Source of the DNA: Octopus sinensis
Lineage: Eukaryota
Direction: 5' to 3'
Assembly: GCF_006345805.1 (NCBI RefSeq)
Contig: NC_043004.1
Span: 3,658,001-3,722,000 of the forward strand
DNA length: 64,000 nucleotides
The notes below the pieces were generated by a model. That model saw only the letters and a program-made list of their open reading frames with translations, was not told the DNA's origin and did not search any database. Position numbers and translations under genes: made by a program. This document shows positions 1-12,769 of this stretch, in pieces. Position 1 is the first letter of the stretch. Every line of letters starts with the position of its first letter.

Positions 1-7
1 TATATAT

Positions 8-53
<46 letters not shown>

Positions 54-206
54 ATATATATAATTTCAATAATAATAAAAGGGTAAAATTAATTAATTAA
101 TTAATTAATAATTTTACCAAGTAGTTCGGTACGTTAAAATAACCTTTTTAGGTAAAATTATACAAATATTCTATAATTATGTTTATAATTATAGAATATT
201 TGTGTG

Positions 207-259
<53 letters not shown>

Positions 260-271
260 AGAGAGAGAGAG

Positions 272-605
272 AGATCCATGGAAAGGTCAATGTTTGGTAT
301 ATCGTTGAGAGAGCACATCAGTAGCGAGATCATCAGAAAGAAGGATATCATCGCAGAGTATACACGTAGCAAGTTTAGATGGGCTGGACACGTCACTCGG
401 CTCACCGATAATCAGTTGTCGAGTGGTACCCGTGCGAGCGGAAATGACCACCCGGAAGGCCTCCACGACGGTGGAGTTACGATTTCAGGAGGACGATTGG
501 GATCACGTGGATGAGAAAGGCGCGATCCAGAGAGGAGTGGACAGCGTGCTGTGACCAGCGGTGTCAAATGGACGCCCGATGGACTAGTTAGTCAAGTTGA
601 TCAAG

Positions 606-610
<5 letters not shown>
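272..610 (+). mobile_element. RTE-clade LINE, 3'-terminal fragment (post-RT region plus 3' UTR)
   Basis: Translates as MERSMFGISLREHISSEIIRKKDIIAEYTRSKFRWAGHVTRLTDN, the RTE C-terminal RWAGHV motif. It is frameshifted, and a short 3' UTR ends in (AT)n. Confidence 0.85.
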
Positions 611-652
<42 letters not shown>

Positions 653-779
653 GACAGTCTTCCATACAGTTTCCGTGTTCCGAACTTATTCACTGGTCAT
701 CCCTGGGTTATAGTAAAAGACATATGACCAAGATGCTGCGCATCAATAGTAGCTGGACTGTCTTTGGTCCCATGTATGC

Positions 780-1135
780 AGTATGAAAACTCGTCGACGG
801 CGTTTAATTGTGTGTCCGATAATTTATCTGGTTTCTTCTTGGCCACTTCTTCCTCTCTGTCCGATGACTAATGAGGCCGATTCTTGCAAGGAAGCGTCTG
901 TTGCAAAGTTCACAACGGCTCCGTGGCGGAGGTTTTAATTATTGCAGCCTCCATTTTCTTTCTTCTCGTTTCTCTTCTTCTTTCCTCTGTCGTTCATCTT
1001 CAAAATGATCTGATACTTATATCCCCTCTGTCAATGCAAGGACCAGCTGAAACAAAGCTTAAAACTGACTGGAATCGATCCCAAAGCATGGGTCATTGAA
1101 GTTCAGAACAAGCCCGGCTGGCTTCATTCCATCTC
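780..1135 (-). mobile_element. RTE-BovB-like LINE 3' fragment with an inverted 5' segment
   Basis: Minus 1033 to ~860 reads DHFEDERQRKEEEKREERK...CELCNRRFLARIGLISHR (BovB-type terminal Zn motif). Plus 1037-1133 reads KDQLKQSLKLTGIDPKAW...GWLHSI, the segment immediately upstream in the protein. Confidence 0.75.
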
Positions 1136-1414
1136 CACAATATGAAGATTAAGCTGAGGTTTAAAAAAAGCAGCAGATATTTATTAAAATTTGTTTTACT
1201 TCTGTAGAATTTGAACTTACGATATGATATTTTACTAGCAATAATTAACGAAGATAATTACCATACTAATTAAATAATGAACGTCTTGATAGACAAGAGA
1301 GCTTAACTAACATTTAACACTTAATTAATTTTCAAGTTTCTGTCCTTGGTCATGCTGTATAGTATCAAATTCATGAGTTTCATGTGATCAAATTAATCCC
1401 AACGCTTATTTCTT

Positions 1415-1563
1415 TTCTACTCTTAGCACAAGGCCTGAAATTTTCGGGGAGGGGACCAGTCGATTAGATCGACCACGGCGGAATTTGAACTCAGAACGTA
1501 AAGACGAAATACTGCTAAGCATTTCGCCCGGCGTGCTAACGATTCTGCCAGCTCCGCCCGCCT
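1415..1563 (-). mobile_element. SINE family A (tRNA-derived), internally deleted copy
   Basis: Reverse complement of head GGCGGxGxGCTGGCAGAATCGTTAGCACGCCGGGCG, B-box GAGTTCAAATTCC, and tail TTTCAGGCCTTGTGCTAAGAGTAGAAAAG. Confidence 0.8.
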
Positions 1564-2029
1564 TCCAACGCTAATCTCTTTTCAGTAAACATATTTGTAG
1601 CCATCTTTGAACATTTAGGGGAAAAAATAGCCTTCGTTCTGTGGAGGTAACGATTTTATCCTTTTAAGTCTCGTGCCGCAAGGGGGCGGGTAAATCGTAG
1701 CACGGATATGCATAAATACACAGATGTTACGTATGTGCACACTTACGAACGCAAATACAAACCCACATATATACGCGCATACACACACATGCATACATAT
1801 ATGCACACACACACTAAATATATACATGTATTTGTGTGTATGGATTGATGGATGGATGGGTGGGGGGATGGAGGGATGGATGAATGGTTTATCTAATCAC
1901 CAGTCCAGTGACTTGATACGCTGGAATTTCCAGGGTATGCAATCACTGCTTCTTCTTTTTCTTCTTCGTCATCATACACACACACACACACACACACACA
2001 CGTCACGAACAAAATAAACGTACGACTAA

Positions 2030-2185
2030 TAGTAGGTGTGTCGTAAGAAGTTTGCTTCCCAACCACATGCTTCTGAGTTCAGTCCCACTGTGTGGCACCT
2101 TGGGCAAGTGTCTTCTACTATAACCTTCGGCTGACCAAACCCTTGTGAGTGGATTTGGTAGACGGAAACTGGTAGAAGACCGTTA
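2030..2185 (+). mobile_element. SINE family B, 5' half
   Basis: GCTTCCCAACCACATG...GAGTTCAGTCCCACTG...CACCTTGGGCAAGTGTCTT...GGATTTGGTAGACGGAAACT, matching many copies in the window. Confidence 0.85.
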
Positions 2186-2442
2186 TATATATATAGATGC
2201 AACTCGGAATTTTGTCAGTGAACAGGTGGCGGTCTCAAATCGACGAAAATATTTGTCTCGTCCATCTGGATGTTTTGTTGTCCCATTTTTGTATCACCTA
2301 ACTGTCCGAATGTTTTGCATTCTTGACCCATTTTATATATATATATATATTAGGGAATAACAAGTATTGCAGGTTATCAGGAAGTTTACTAATTTACACT
2401 TTTCTAATGAAATGTAAAAACTATATTTTATAATATAATTTT

Positions 2443-2634
2443 TACAAATTTGGGATATTTACCAATAAATAAGCAACTCCTATTTCCGGATAACCTCATG
2501 GTATGGTATACGCAGAGAAAATTTTATGTTATTTTATTTATTTTATTTGATTTAATTTTCTCTGCGTATACCATACTATGTGGTTATCCGGAAATAGGAG
2601 TTGCTTATTTATTGGTAAATATCCCAAATTTGTA
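2443..2634. repeat. Near-perfect foldback, ~81-bp arms with a 30-nt AT-rich loop
   Basis: 2443-2523 is the reverse complement of 2554-2634 with 2 mismatches. Confidence 0.95.
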
Positions 2635-2647
2635 GAACTTATATATA

Positions 2648-2808
2648 GTGGAGTGGCTGTGTGGTAAGTAGCTTGCTTACGAACCACATGGTTCCGGGTT
2701 CAGTCCCACTGCGTGGCACTTTGAGCAAGTGTCTTCTACTATAGCCTCGGACCGACCAAAGCCTTGTGAGTGGATTTGGTAGACGGAAACTGAAAGAATC
2801 CCGTCGTA

Positions 2809-2856
<48 letters not shown>

Positions 2857-3058
2857 CATGTTTGTGTGTCTGTGCTTGTCACCAACAACAGCGCTTGTCA
2901 ACCGATGCTGGTGTGTTTACGTCCCCGTAACTTAGCGGTTCGGGACCGATAGAATAAGTACTAGGCTTACAAAGAATAAGTTGTGGGGTCGATTTGCTCG
3001 ACTAAAGATGGTGCTCCAGTATGGCCACAATCAAATGACTGAAACAAGTAAAAGAGTA
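2648..3058 (+). mobile_element. SINE family B, full length, with internal (TA)n linker
   Basis: tRNA-like head (GGCTGTGTGGTAAG...GGGTTCAGTCCC), internal microsatellite, and a 3' module ending CAAATGACTGAAACAAGTAAAAGA. Confidence 0.9.
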
Positions 3059-3627
3059 TATATATTTATCAGATTTATATTTAAAGATTATACTGGAACC
3101 AAACTGCTGTTTTGGTTACCGTGACGTTTAAAGCCATAAGCAAAACTTTATTTAACCGAGACAACGTTGAAGTTTAATAAAAAAAAGTTCGAATATCTCT
3201 TCTTTGTGCACAGAACATAATATTTGCTGCAGTATTTGGCAACGGGCATAGATTTCGCCTATACTTGGTAATATGGTTAAAACAGCTCTCAGGAAGGCAT
3301 TACTGAGCTGGATCTAACCGAGCGCGTCATAAGAAGTGTAAAGAACGACAAAGACTAATGTGATGCTTCGTGGGTTAATTGAATCTGAAACAACTCGAAG
3401 TACTGGCATTGAAATAAACTTATTTTATACCAAGACTGAATTATGTCCTTGAAAACTGGGAGCATCTAGAAAGCATAAACATAACAGAAGAGTATTTAAT
3501 TTTGTTCAACTGATCGAAATGAAGTACTGCGATATAATGTTGATTTTTAAGATATATTTCGTTCTAAAGTCCTCAATGGGTCACTCTGGGAGATTCTGTT
3601 CAGAAATATTTTCCTAGAACAGTTTGG

Positions 3628-3643
3628 TACACACACACACACA

Positions 3644-3712
<69 letters not shown>

Positions 3713-4062
3713 CCTCTCCCTTAAACCCACACACACACTTGTCTTCATATGTTTCTGTCTAATAAATTTCAGCCAGAATCTATACAGATCAATCTGAAAT
3801 CACATTTCTCTTCTACAAGTGTTTTCTACTGTAACTTCAGGCTGACATGTGTATATGTGTATGTGTGTGCGTGAGTGTTTCTGTTTGCGTGTGCGCATGT
3901 GTGTTTGCGTGTCTGTCTGTCTGTGTGTGTGTGTTTGCGTGTATGTGTGCGTATATGTACGTGTATGCGTTTACGTGAGCGTGCGTGTGTGTGTATGTGT
4001 TTGCATGTGTTTGTGTTTGTGTGTGTGTGTGTGTGTGTGTTTGCGAGTGCGTGTGTGTATGT
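3628..4062. repeat. (CA)n/(CT)n tract and degenerate (GT)n field
   Basis: Direct inspection. Confidence 0.9.
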
Positions 4063-4459
4063 CCGTCCCCGTCTCAAGTTTCCTTCTCTCTTCATTTTAC
4101 TTAACTCGGAATGGACGTCTGACCGAGCACCAAACCAGCTGTAACGAAGTATTCAATCGCATTCTTTGACGATATTTCCATCCAATTCTCACGTCCAATG
4201 ACGACATTGTTCACAGTCGCATAAGGCAGTGAAACAAAAATTACTTTCATATTTCCACTGTGATAAAATGGATACCAATCTGTACTGAGTTCGATGATAT
4301 TGAACATAATAATGATCGTTTAGTAAATGTCTGACATTGTGACGATGTAAGTTGTCGCTTTAGCACTTCATCTCACTTACTTCCCTTTTCCCTCCCGCTC
4401 TTCCACTTTCTCTCTTAACAACATCTTGCTTGTCAATCGTCCTCTTTATTATATCACCT

Positions 4460-4691
4460 CTCTCTATCTATCTATCTATCTATCTATCTATATGTATATA
4501 TAATATATATATAATATCACTCCCTCACTATATGTATGCATGCACTTATATACATACACATTCATATATATATAAATATATATATGCATATATATATACA
4601 TACATATACATATATATATACATACATACATACATTGTTTTATGTCGAATGAGAAAAGAGTGTTCCATACACGTTGTGGACAGATAGACAA

Positions 4692-4752
<61 letters not shown>

Positions 4753-4755
4753 GAT
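4460..4755. repeat. (CTAT)n, (TA/CA)n and (GATA)n microsatellites
   Basis: Direct inspection; about 15 GATA units at 4695-4755. Confidence 0.9.
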
Positions 4756-4914
4756 AAGTTAAAGCCTCATGACTCCCAGACATAACGCCATACATACCTA
4801 CGTTAACAAACATAAATAGATGACTGACCGCTCTTTTAGTTTAGCCATGTTTTGCAGTTGAAGGCTGGCTCTCTATTTATTGGTGAGAAATTTGAAAACT
4901 AAGACCAGAACAAA

Positions 4915-4962
<48 letters not shown>

Positions 4963-5399
4963 CACTTTCAAATAATAAAAAAAAAAAAAAAACTACACAC
5001 TTCTAGTTATTTTATGATAAATTCTTTTTCAGAATATACTTCAGCTATTTATTAACATTCACTAAACACTACATAGAACAAAAACATCCATGATATTGTT
5101 AAACAAAACATTATTTCTAATGCTCAACATTGTTTATTCCGATGTTCTATTGTATTACATATTTGTTCTCTCTTTTGTGAAGAGGGGGGTCCAAGGGGAG
5201 AGTAATCTCTGTGTCTACTCTGACAGCGCTTTCGCAGGACATTAAAAATTTGGCAAAAAATGTTTTCCGAATGAATCCTACTGAAGTATTTTTACATTAT
5301 TTTCAATTTTCTCATTCACATTCTTCCACTGGTTTTTTCTTCTTTTTTTTTCATTCTTATTCTCTAACTTTGTCTGCCTCTCTTTAAATGCATGTGTGC

Positions 5400-5492
5400 G
5401 TATGCGTATTGATGTACCTATATACATGCATACATACATAAGTAATAGATATGTATGTGTGTGCATGTAAATATATACATACATATATATAT

Positions 5493-5557
<65 letters not shown>

Positions 5558-5916
5558 CATATATATATATATGTATATATATATACATATACATACTATA
5601 TATATATATACAGATATATATATATATATACATACATATACATACATATATATACATATACATACATATATATATACATATACATACATATATATATACA
5701 TATACATATATATATACATATACATACATATATATATACATATACATACATATATATATACATATACATACATATATATATACATATACATACATTATAT
5801 ATACATATACATACATATATATATACATATACATTCATATATAATATATATATATATACATATATATATATACATACATATAATATACATACATATATAT
5901 ATACATACATATATAT

Positions 5917-5968
<52 letters not shown>
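5400..5968. repeat. Compound (AT)n/(ATAC)n microsatellite field
   Basis: About 570 bp of AT/AC dinucleotide variants; the source of the Y/I/H/T-rich ORFs. Confidence 0.95.
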
Positions 5969-5969
<1 letters not shown>

Positions 5970-6440
5970 TTAAATATTTCTAAAACATAGAAATTATATA
6001 CTTAAATTTCTAAAAACAGATAATCTCAAAAGTAAATAAATAGATATGTAAGAAAATGGACCTCTTATTTAAATACACGAACAATTTCCTATTTTTTTAA
6101 AGTTTGTATGGAACAATTTAATAAAAGCATATTATTAATAACCATTTTAGTTTTGCAGTTAGACGGAAACTTTATTTTCTTCAACGTTCTATCGCTCCTG
6201 ATCGTAGCTTCGTATCATCACGTGACACTCACCATTTTTGAATAATGGTGTATAATCTTGTTGTTGCTGCTGCTGCTGCTTTTTGCTTGGTTTGTGTGTT
6301 TGTGTGGTGTGTGTGTTTATATTTCGTTATATTGTGTTCGTATTGTTTCGTTGTTTCGTTTATATTTCTCCCTTTGGCTTTGATATGGATGGACTTTAAA
6401 GGGAGAGAAATCGAGTGTGTAAAGAAAAGAGAACCTATGC

Positions 6441-6476
<36 letters not shown>

Positions 6477-6762
6477 AAGAAAGAGAGAGAGAAAGAGAGA
6501 GAGAGAAAGAAGGCCAGTGTGTGCGAATGAATGTGAGTGGGGAGGGGAAATTGTTAGAATTAAAAGTGAAACTATAGACTGAATGTGCTGTTGTGTTCTT
6601 TGTGTGCCAGCTTGGATATATTGACGAGAAGCCATTGCTATGAATAGTCACCATTATCGCATAGCACAAGTCATTCGCCCGAGCAGTCACTATTATTACA
6701 CAGCCCAACTTAGCAAATCAGCATATATTATATGAATATACACATAAACGTATATATGTATG

Positions 6763-6799
<37 letters not shown>

Positions 6800-8105
6800 C
6801 ATACACACACGCATATATATATATATATGCACTCACGCACACACACATGTATTATCTATTTTTTGAAAATTTTATGCAACTTGAATTTGTACATGTATAT
6901 CTGTGTGTATGTATGAATGTATAGATGCATACAGAAAAATATATAGTTATTCATACACACACACACACTAACACACATATCTGTCTCTCTTTTTCTCTCA
7001 ACCTCGCTCAATCTTTTTATCTTTCTGTCTCTATATATACATGCGTACATAGATACGTTTCATACACACATATGTATACACATAATACATGCATACATCT
7101 GTACATACATACCCATACATACATACATACATACACCAGTTTGGATATGCACAAATACTATGCTTGTATATCTCTTTAGAATATTTTTCAACTTAAAACT
7201 CTGCATGTGAAAGAAACTTTATTTAATTTCGATTCGTCTGTGACACACGAGTGTTTGTGCGAAATGTCAATCTCTTTGACGACGAGTAAAGTTACTGGAA
7301 GGCATCAGATGTGGGTCATTTATTATATTATGTTCCGCATCATCTCATGGCATTGATGAATAAATAAAACCTATGTCTTTATTACATTGTTTTCCCTATA
7401 TAGTAACAAAGAACTGTATATACACACACATATATATATATATATATTATATATATATATATGCATGTTTGTAATATATACATACATATATAAATACATA
7501 AATGGAAACAGCTATACATAAGCTGTTTTGTTCTTATCGATCTGGTAATTAAGAATTAGTGCGTCTGTAATCTCATTATTATGCTACGCTGTTTAATTGT
7601 TCTGTGAATTCAAAGTGCCGATACTCTTTTCATTTGAGTCTTACAAAAATCCATGGCAAATATCTATGCCAAATGAATGAAGCATAATTTAAAACTGCAG
7701 AAAACAAAGTTGGGGACAAGAGAATGTGCGGAAATACCCAAAATGGATGCAGACGAGGGCCAAGTGAAGACACATCAATGACATCGTCACCATAGCACCT
7801 CAGGCCTGTCGTCTGAACCCGGCTATGTAGCATATAAAACAGAAAAGTGCAAAAGTGGCAATCTAGAAAAGCTGAGGTTTTTAGGCAAAGAAATCAACCA
7901 GCACAATACGAATAAAGTCTGTATGCGAAACAATAAAAATATGCGAGATTTATCTCAGGTTCAAAAAATGACATTGTTTTTGCTATTTACATTTGAACGG
8001 TGGAACTTTGTATCTTTGTTAGAAAGCAGATCGTTCCTTACAGGAAGACTACAAATAGTTAAATATTAGAAGAGAACATACATACATACATAAGTACATA
8101 TATAT

Positions 8106-8520
8106 GGCGCAGGAGTGGAAGTGTGGTAAGTAGCTTGCTTACCAACCACATTGTTCCGGATTCAGTCCCACAGCGTGGCACCTTAGGTAAGTGTCTTCTT
8201 CTATAGCCTCGGGCCGACCAAAACCTTGTGAGTGGATTTGGTAGACGGAAACTGAAACACACACACACACACATATATATATATGTGTGTGTGTGTGTAT
8301 GCGTGTATATGTTTGTGTGTCTGTGTTCCCTCCCCCTAACATTGCTTGACAACCGAAGCTGGTGTGTTTACGTCGCCGTAACTTAGCGGTTCGGCAAAAA
8401 AGACCGATAGAATAAGTACTAGACTTACAAAGAATAAGTCCTGGGGTCGATTTGCTCGACTAAAGGTGGTGCTCCAGCATGGCCGCAGTCAAATGACTGA
8501 AACAAGTAAAAGAGTAAAAA
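8106..8520 (+). mobile_element. SINE family B, full length
   Basis: Colinear with 2648-3058. Confidence 0.9.
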
Positions 8521-8559
8521 AGAGAGAGTAGAGATATATATACATACACACACATGCAT

Positions 8560-8668
<109 letters not shown>

Positions 8669-9310
8669 GTGTGTGTGTTGTGTATGTATGTGAGTATAGT
8701 CTGGTTATGATCATTTAATCCAACAACTCTAATCGTACAGAAGAAGATGAGAAGAAGTCATATTTATTTGCTGCTTATTTGCTCCTCTGATCACATGACA
8801 TGTTTATAATTAGAACCAGACTCTGGTTCCTAGAGTTTCGCGTGTGTTTGTCTGCTGGGGCCAGATTGATGCAGTCACTATCATCATCAATGCACCAACA
8901 TCATAGCCTGATGACCGAATCATATTTGTTGTTTTATTGTTTGCTTCATTTTTCGAACGGGGTCGCCATTTTGATTTTTCTGTATTTTTTGTTTCTTTGT
9001 TTTTGTCTTTTGGCATGTTTCTTGTTTTTGTTACTGTTTGTTTTTATCAATTTTTTTTTTTTTGTTCTGTATTTCAATATTTTGACATATTGTACGGCTG
9101 CTATATTTGCTGTTGTTGTTGCTGCTGTTATTGTCGCAGTAAAGAAAAAAGATGATAAATGATATAACTGATCCGAACAAACGTGCCAACGATGGAGCCC
9201 TCGGCATGGTTGCTCGAGCTGCTAGAAGTTGTAACGAAATCTCCCTCAAATCACTTCCTGCTTAGTGTGTTGCATAAGGAAAGAACATATTATGATTAGA
9301 TTAATCGAGT

Positions 9311-9665
9311 AAGGCGCCGTGCTGGTAAAATCGGTTGCGCATCGAACAAAATGCTTAGTGATATTTCGTCTGTCATTACGTTCTGAGTTCAAATTCTGCC
9401 GAGGTCGACTTTGCCTTTCATCCTTTCGGGGTCGATAAATTAAGTACCGGTAGTTTACTAGGGTCGATCTAATCGACTGGCCCTCTTCCCAAAAGTTTCG
9501 GGCCTTGTGCCTAGAATAGAAAAAGATATTTCTTTTGTCTTTACGTTCTGAGTTCAGATTCCGCTGAGGCCAGCTCTGCCTTTCATCTTTTGAGTTCTGG
9601 AGTTGATACAATTGACTCTCCCTTTCACCAAAATTTCCAAGCCTTGTGCTTGTAATAGAAAGGAT
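9311..9665 (+). mobile_element. SINE family A, two tandem units (second unit headless)
   Basis: Head, core CTTTCATCCTTTCGGGGTCGATAAATTAAGTACC and tail Y; restarts at TATTTC (~9525). Confidence 0.8.
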
Positions 9666-9894
9666 AATTAGATGGAGTGGTCTTATATATCTCTAAACAA
9701 GCGTGAACATAGGCTGATTGGGTCAGGTTTGCCCGGGGGGGGGGGCTGAAGAACGATGAAAATCGCAACCAAACCAACAACAGCGGTATCGCAATTATAA
9801 TAGCGACTTCTGGTACTTACAGATATTAACTTAGACTTCGTAAATAATTAAATACCATCACCATCGCCACCGCCATGATTGTAATAATCATTAA

Positions 9895-10306
9895 TGATAA
9901 TGGTTTCAAATTTTGCCGCAAGGGCGAGAATTATGGGGGAGGGGTTAAGTCGATTATATCGACCCCAGTGTTCCCCTGGTACTTATTTTATCGACCCCGA
10001 AAGGATGAAAGTCAAAGTCGACCTCAGCGGAATTTGAACTCAGAACGTAGCTGCAGACGAAATACCGCGAAGCATTTCGCCCGGCATGCTAACGATTCAT
10101 ATTTCTTTATTGCCCACAAGGGGCTAAACATAAAGGGAACAAGCAAGGACAGACAAAGGGATTAAGTCGATTTCATCGATCCCAGTGCATAACTTGTACT
10201 TAATTTATTGACCCCGAAAGGATGAAAGGCAAAGTCGTAAAGACACATGAAATACTGCTAAGCATTTCGCCCGGCGTGCTAACGATTCTGCCAGCTCGCC
10301 GCCTTC
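9895..10306 (-). mobile_element. SINE family A, two tandem units
   Basis: On minus: head, core, tail X (...GGGCAATAAAGAAATAT), joined directly to GAATCGTTAGC of a second unit. Confidence 0.85.
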
Positions 10307-11124
10307 GTCGAAGCAGAGGAAAACAGCTTAGTGTGGTATATTAAAAAAATCCGTGGAGCTACTGTTGAAACACACGAGGGCTGGCGTCATCAGAACTGAA
10401 AAGTTGTGTAACTAAAGAAAAATGTAAACAAGGAATAGACAAAAAAAAAAAAGAGAAAGCATGGAAGGAAAAAAGTGTCCGGTCAGTTTGCAAGAGATGT
10501 GAACGTCAAGACAGATGCAGAGGACCGGTGGCTATGGATGAGGAGGAGTGACCTGAAGATAAAGACAGAAGCACTCATATGCGCAGCTCAGGAACAAGCG
10601 TTAAGGATAATTTATATGAAGTGCAGAATAGACAGCACTACCGATAGCAATAAATGCAGAATGTGTGGTGAGAGGGGTGAAACGGTATGGCACATCGTTA
10701 ACGAATGCCCGACATTGGCACAACGCGAGTACAAAAGACGCCGAAAAGGAAAACTGCAAAATCATGTGGGATCACCTAATCAGAGATAAGAAACCGGACA
10801 TTGTTGTGGTAATAAAAAAGAAAGAACATGTATAATAATCGGAGAGAACAGGATCAATGTGAAAGAAGAAGTAAAAATGAACAACTATGAGACGATTTAA
10901 AGTAGGAATTACGAAGTATCACCACTCAACTACCAACATGGCTGAAACAGATCGATGCTAGTGTGAAGGTAGAACACCTACAACAATCAGCATTGCTTGG
11001 AACTGCAAGAATTCTTCGCAGGGTTCTTAAAGCATGACCGGTAAACAAGTGTCACCTTAGTCTGCTGGTTGTGGACAACTGACTCTTTCATTCGTACCCA
11101 GCAAAATAATCTGTGAGTTATCAC

Positions 11125-11177
<53 letters not shown>
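10307..11177 (+). mobile_element. R4/Dong-clade non-LTR retrotransposon, 3' fragment (CCHC knuckle plus restriction-like endonuclease), (TAA)n tail
   Basis: CRMCGERGETVWHIVNEC, KPDIVV and HLQQSALLGTARILRRVL*, then a 3' UTR and ~17 TAA units (11126-11177). Confidence 0.9.
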
Positions 11178-11335
11178 GTAAGTAAAGATTTAGACAAACT
11201 GTTTAAGAATATTGAAATAGAATGTCCTGTAGAGCTTAAGGACACTTAAAAGACGGTAGAAAGCTTGTGGGTACTGGTAGTAACCCGCTATCCACATAAA
11301 TCCTGCTAGGAATAAGAACGAAGCTGGGTCAAATC

Positions 11336-11400
<65 letters not shown>

Positions 11401-11410
11401 TAATAATAAT
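11178..11410 (+). mobile_element. Second R4/Dong-like 3'-terminal fragment with (TAA)n tail
   Basis: KDLDKLFKNIEIECPVE..DT* resembles the same C-terminus with an internal deletion; different 3' UTR, then ~24 TAA units. Confidence 0.6.
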
Positions 11411-12256
11411 CAACCTCAGCTGAGGTCAAATTCCGCCATGGTGGACTTTACCTGTCATCCTTTCGGGGTCGATGGAGTTAGTACCAGTTGAGCACAGGGA
11501 TCGACATAGTCAACTTTTCCCCTTTCCCGAAATTGCTGGCCTTGTGCCAAAATTTGAGATTATTATTATTATTATTATTATTATCATTATTATTATTATT
11601 ATCTGTCTCACCATTGTCCTCTTCATCAGCTACATTATCAGCAGCAGCACCTATATCATCATCATCATCATCACTCAATCAATCATTATCACCATCATCG
11701 TCAACCTTCAGAATTGGCATCTCTTTTACTGGACGACCGTTTCCTTTGACTGATGGGAAAAGCATGTGAGAGACTTTGGCTAGAGTGAGATGTCAAACAC
11801 ACACACACACACACACACACTCACATACACACACACACACACGTCTATACACTGAGTGAGGGGATAGAGAGAGGGGAGTTTCTTCAATCAAATAGCAATT
11901 CAGACAATAAGTGACAGGATGGCTATAAAAAAAGTTTTAAAAATGCAACGTGTCAAGTAGTTAATAATGATCCACGAGCGCCGATGTGTGACACACGTAC
12001 ACACGCATGCGCACATCCACGCGCGCGCACACTCCGTCATTATTACTTGGATATACTATTATTATCAACATTATTAGCATTTAAAAGCACTATTACCCTC
12101 GTCCAAAAATATTTGGCCGTGTGCCTATGTTTAGTAAACATTATGACAGAATCGGTGGCGCGGTTGACAAAATGCCTTGTGATATTTGATCAGATCTCTT
12201 TACGTTCTGAGTTCAAATCCCGCTGTGATCGACTTCCCTTCTCCTCTTTCTCTCTC

Positions 12257-12291
<35 letters not shown>

Positions 12292-12769
12292 TTCATCTAT
12301 AAAATAGGTACCAGTCTTTCTTTTTAGTTGTATCCACAAAGTGGAGAGATGAAGGGACTGGTGGGCCGCGTTTCGAATTCTCCTTTTTCTAAGAGTTGAA
12401 TCCGAATCAAGAAAACAGGGGTTAAATCTACCCCCAGTATTTGGTTGGTTACTTTATCTATTTCAGAAAAACATGAAAAGTAAATTAGCCTTGGTTCGAA
12501 CTTACAGAGCAGAGAGCCAGGGTAACTATCGCGCACCATTCTATCCGATGCTCTACCGATGCTGCGGAATAATCGCCGTTGCTGTAGTGTGTTCGATATT
12601 CTCGAGTGAATAATTCTCTGAAATGAGTTAGGTACTGGAGCGTCGAACAAAATGTCTTGTGATGTTTATTCCGGCTCGTGATCGAGGTCAACTTTGTCTT
12701 TCATCCTTCGGCATAGATAGAATACAATACCAGTCGTGTAATGGGGTCAATAAAAAAAGGTGACTTGGA

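Noticed and set aside
5384-5990. Overlapping 100-180-aa ORFs rich in Y/I/H/T/C/V (also 28309-29677, 3826-4169, 58867-59520, 30213-30822)
   Set aside because: Translations of dinucleotide microsatellites that lack stop codons; no coding signal.
12365-12400. GGAGAATTCGAAACGCG (minus) as a hammerhead remnant
   Set aside because: No CUGANGA core and no pairable helix II.
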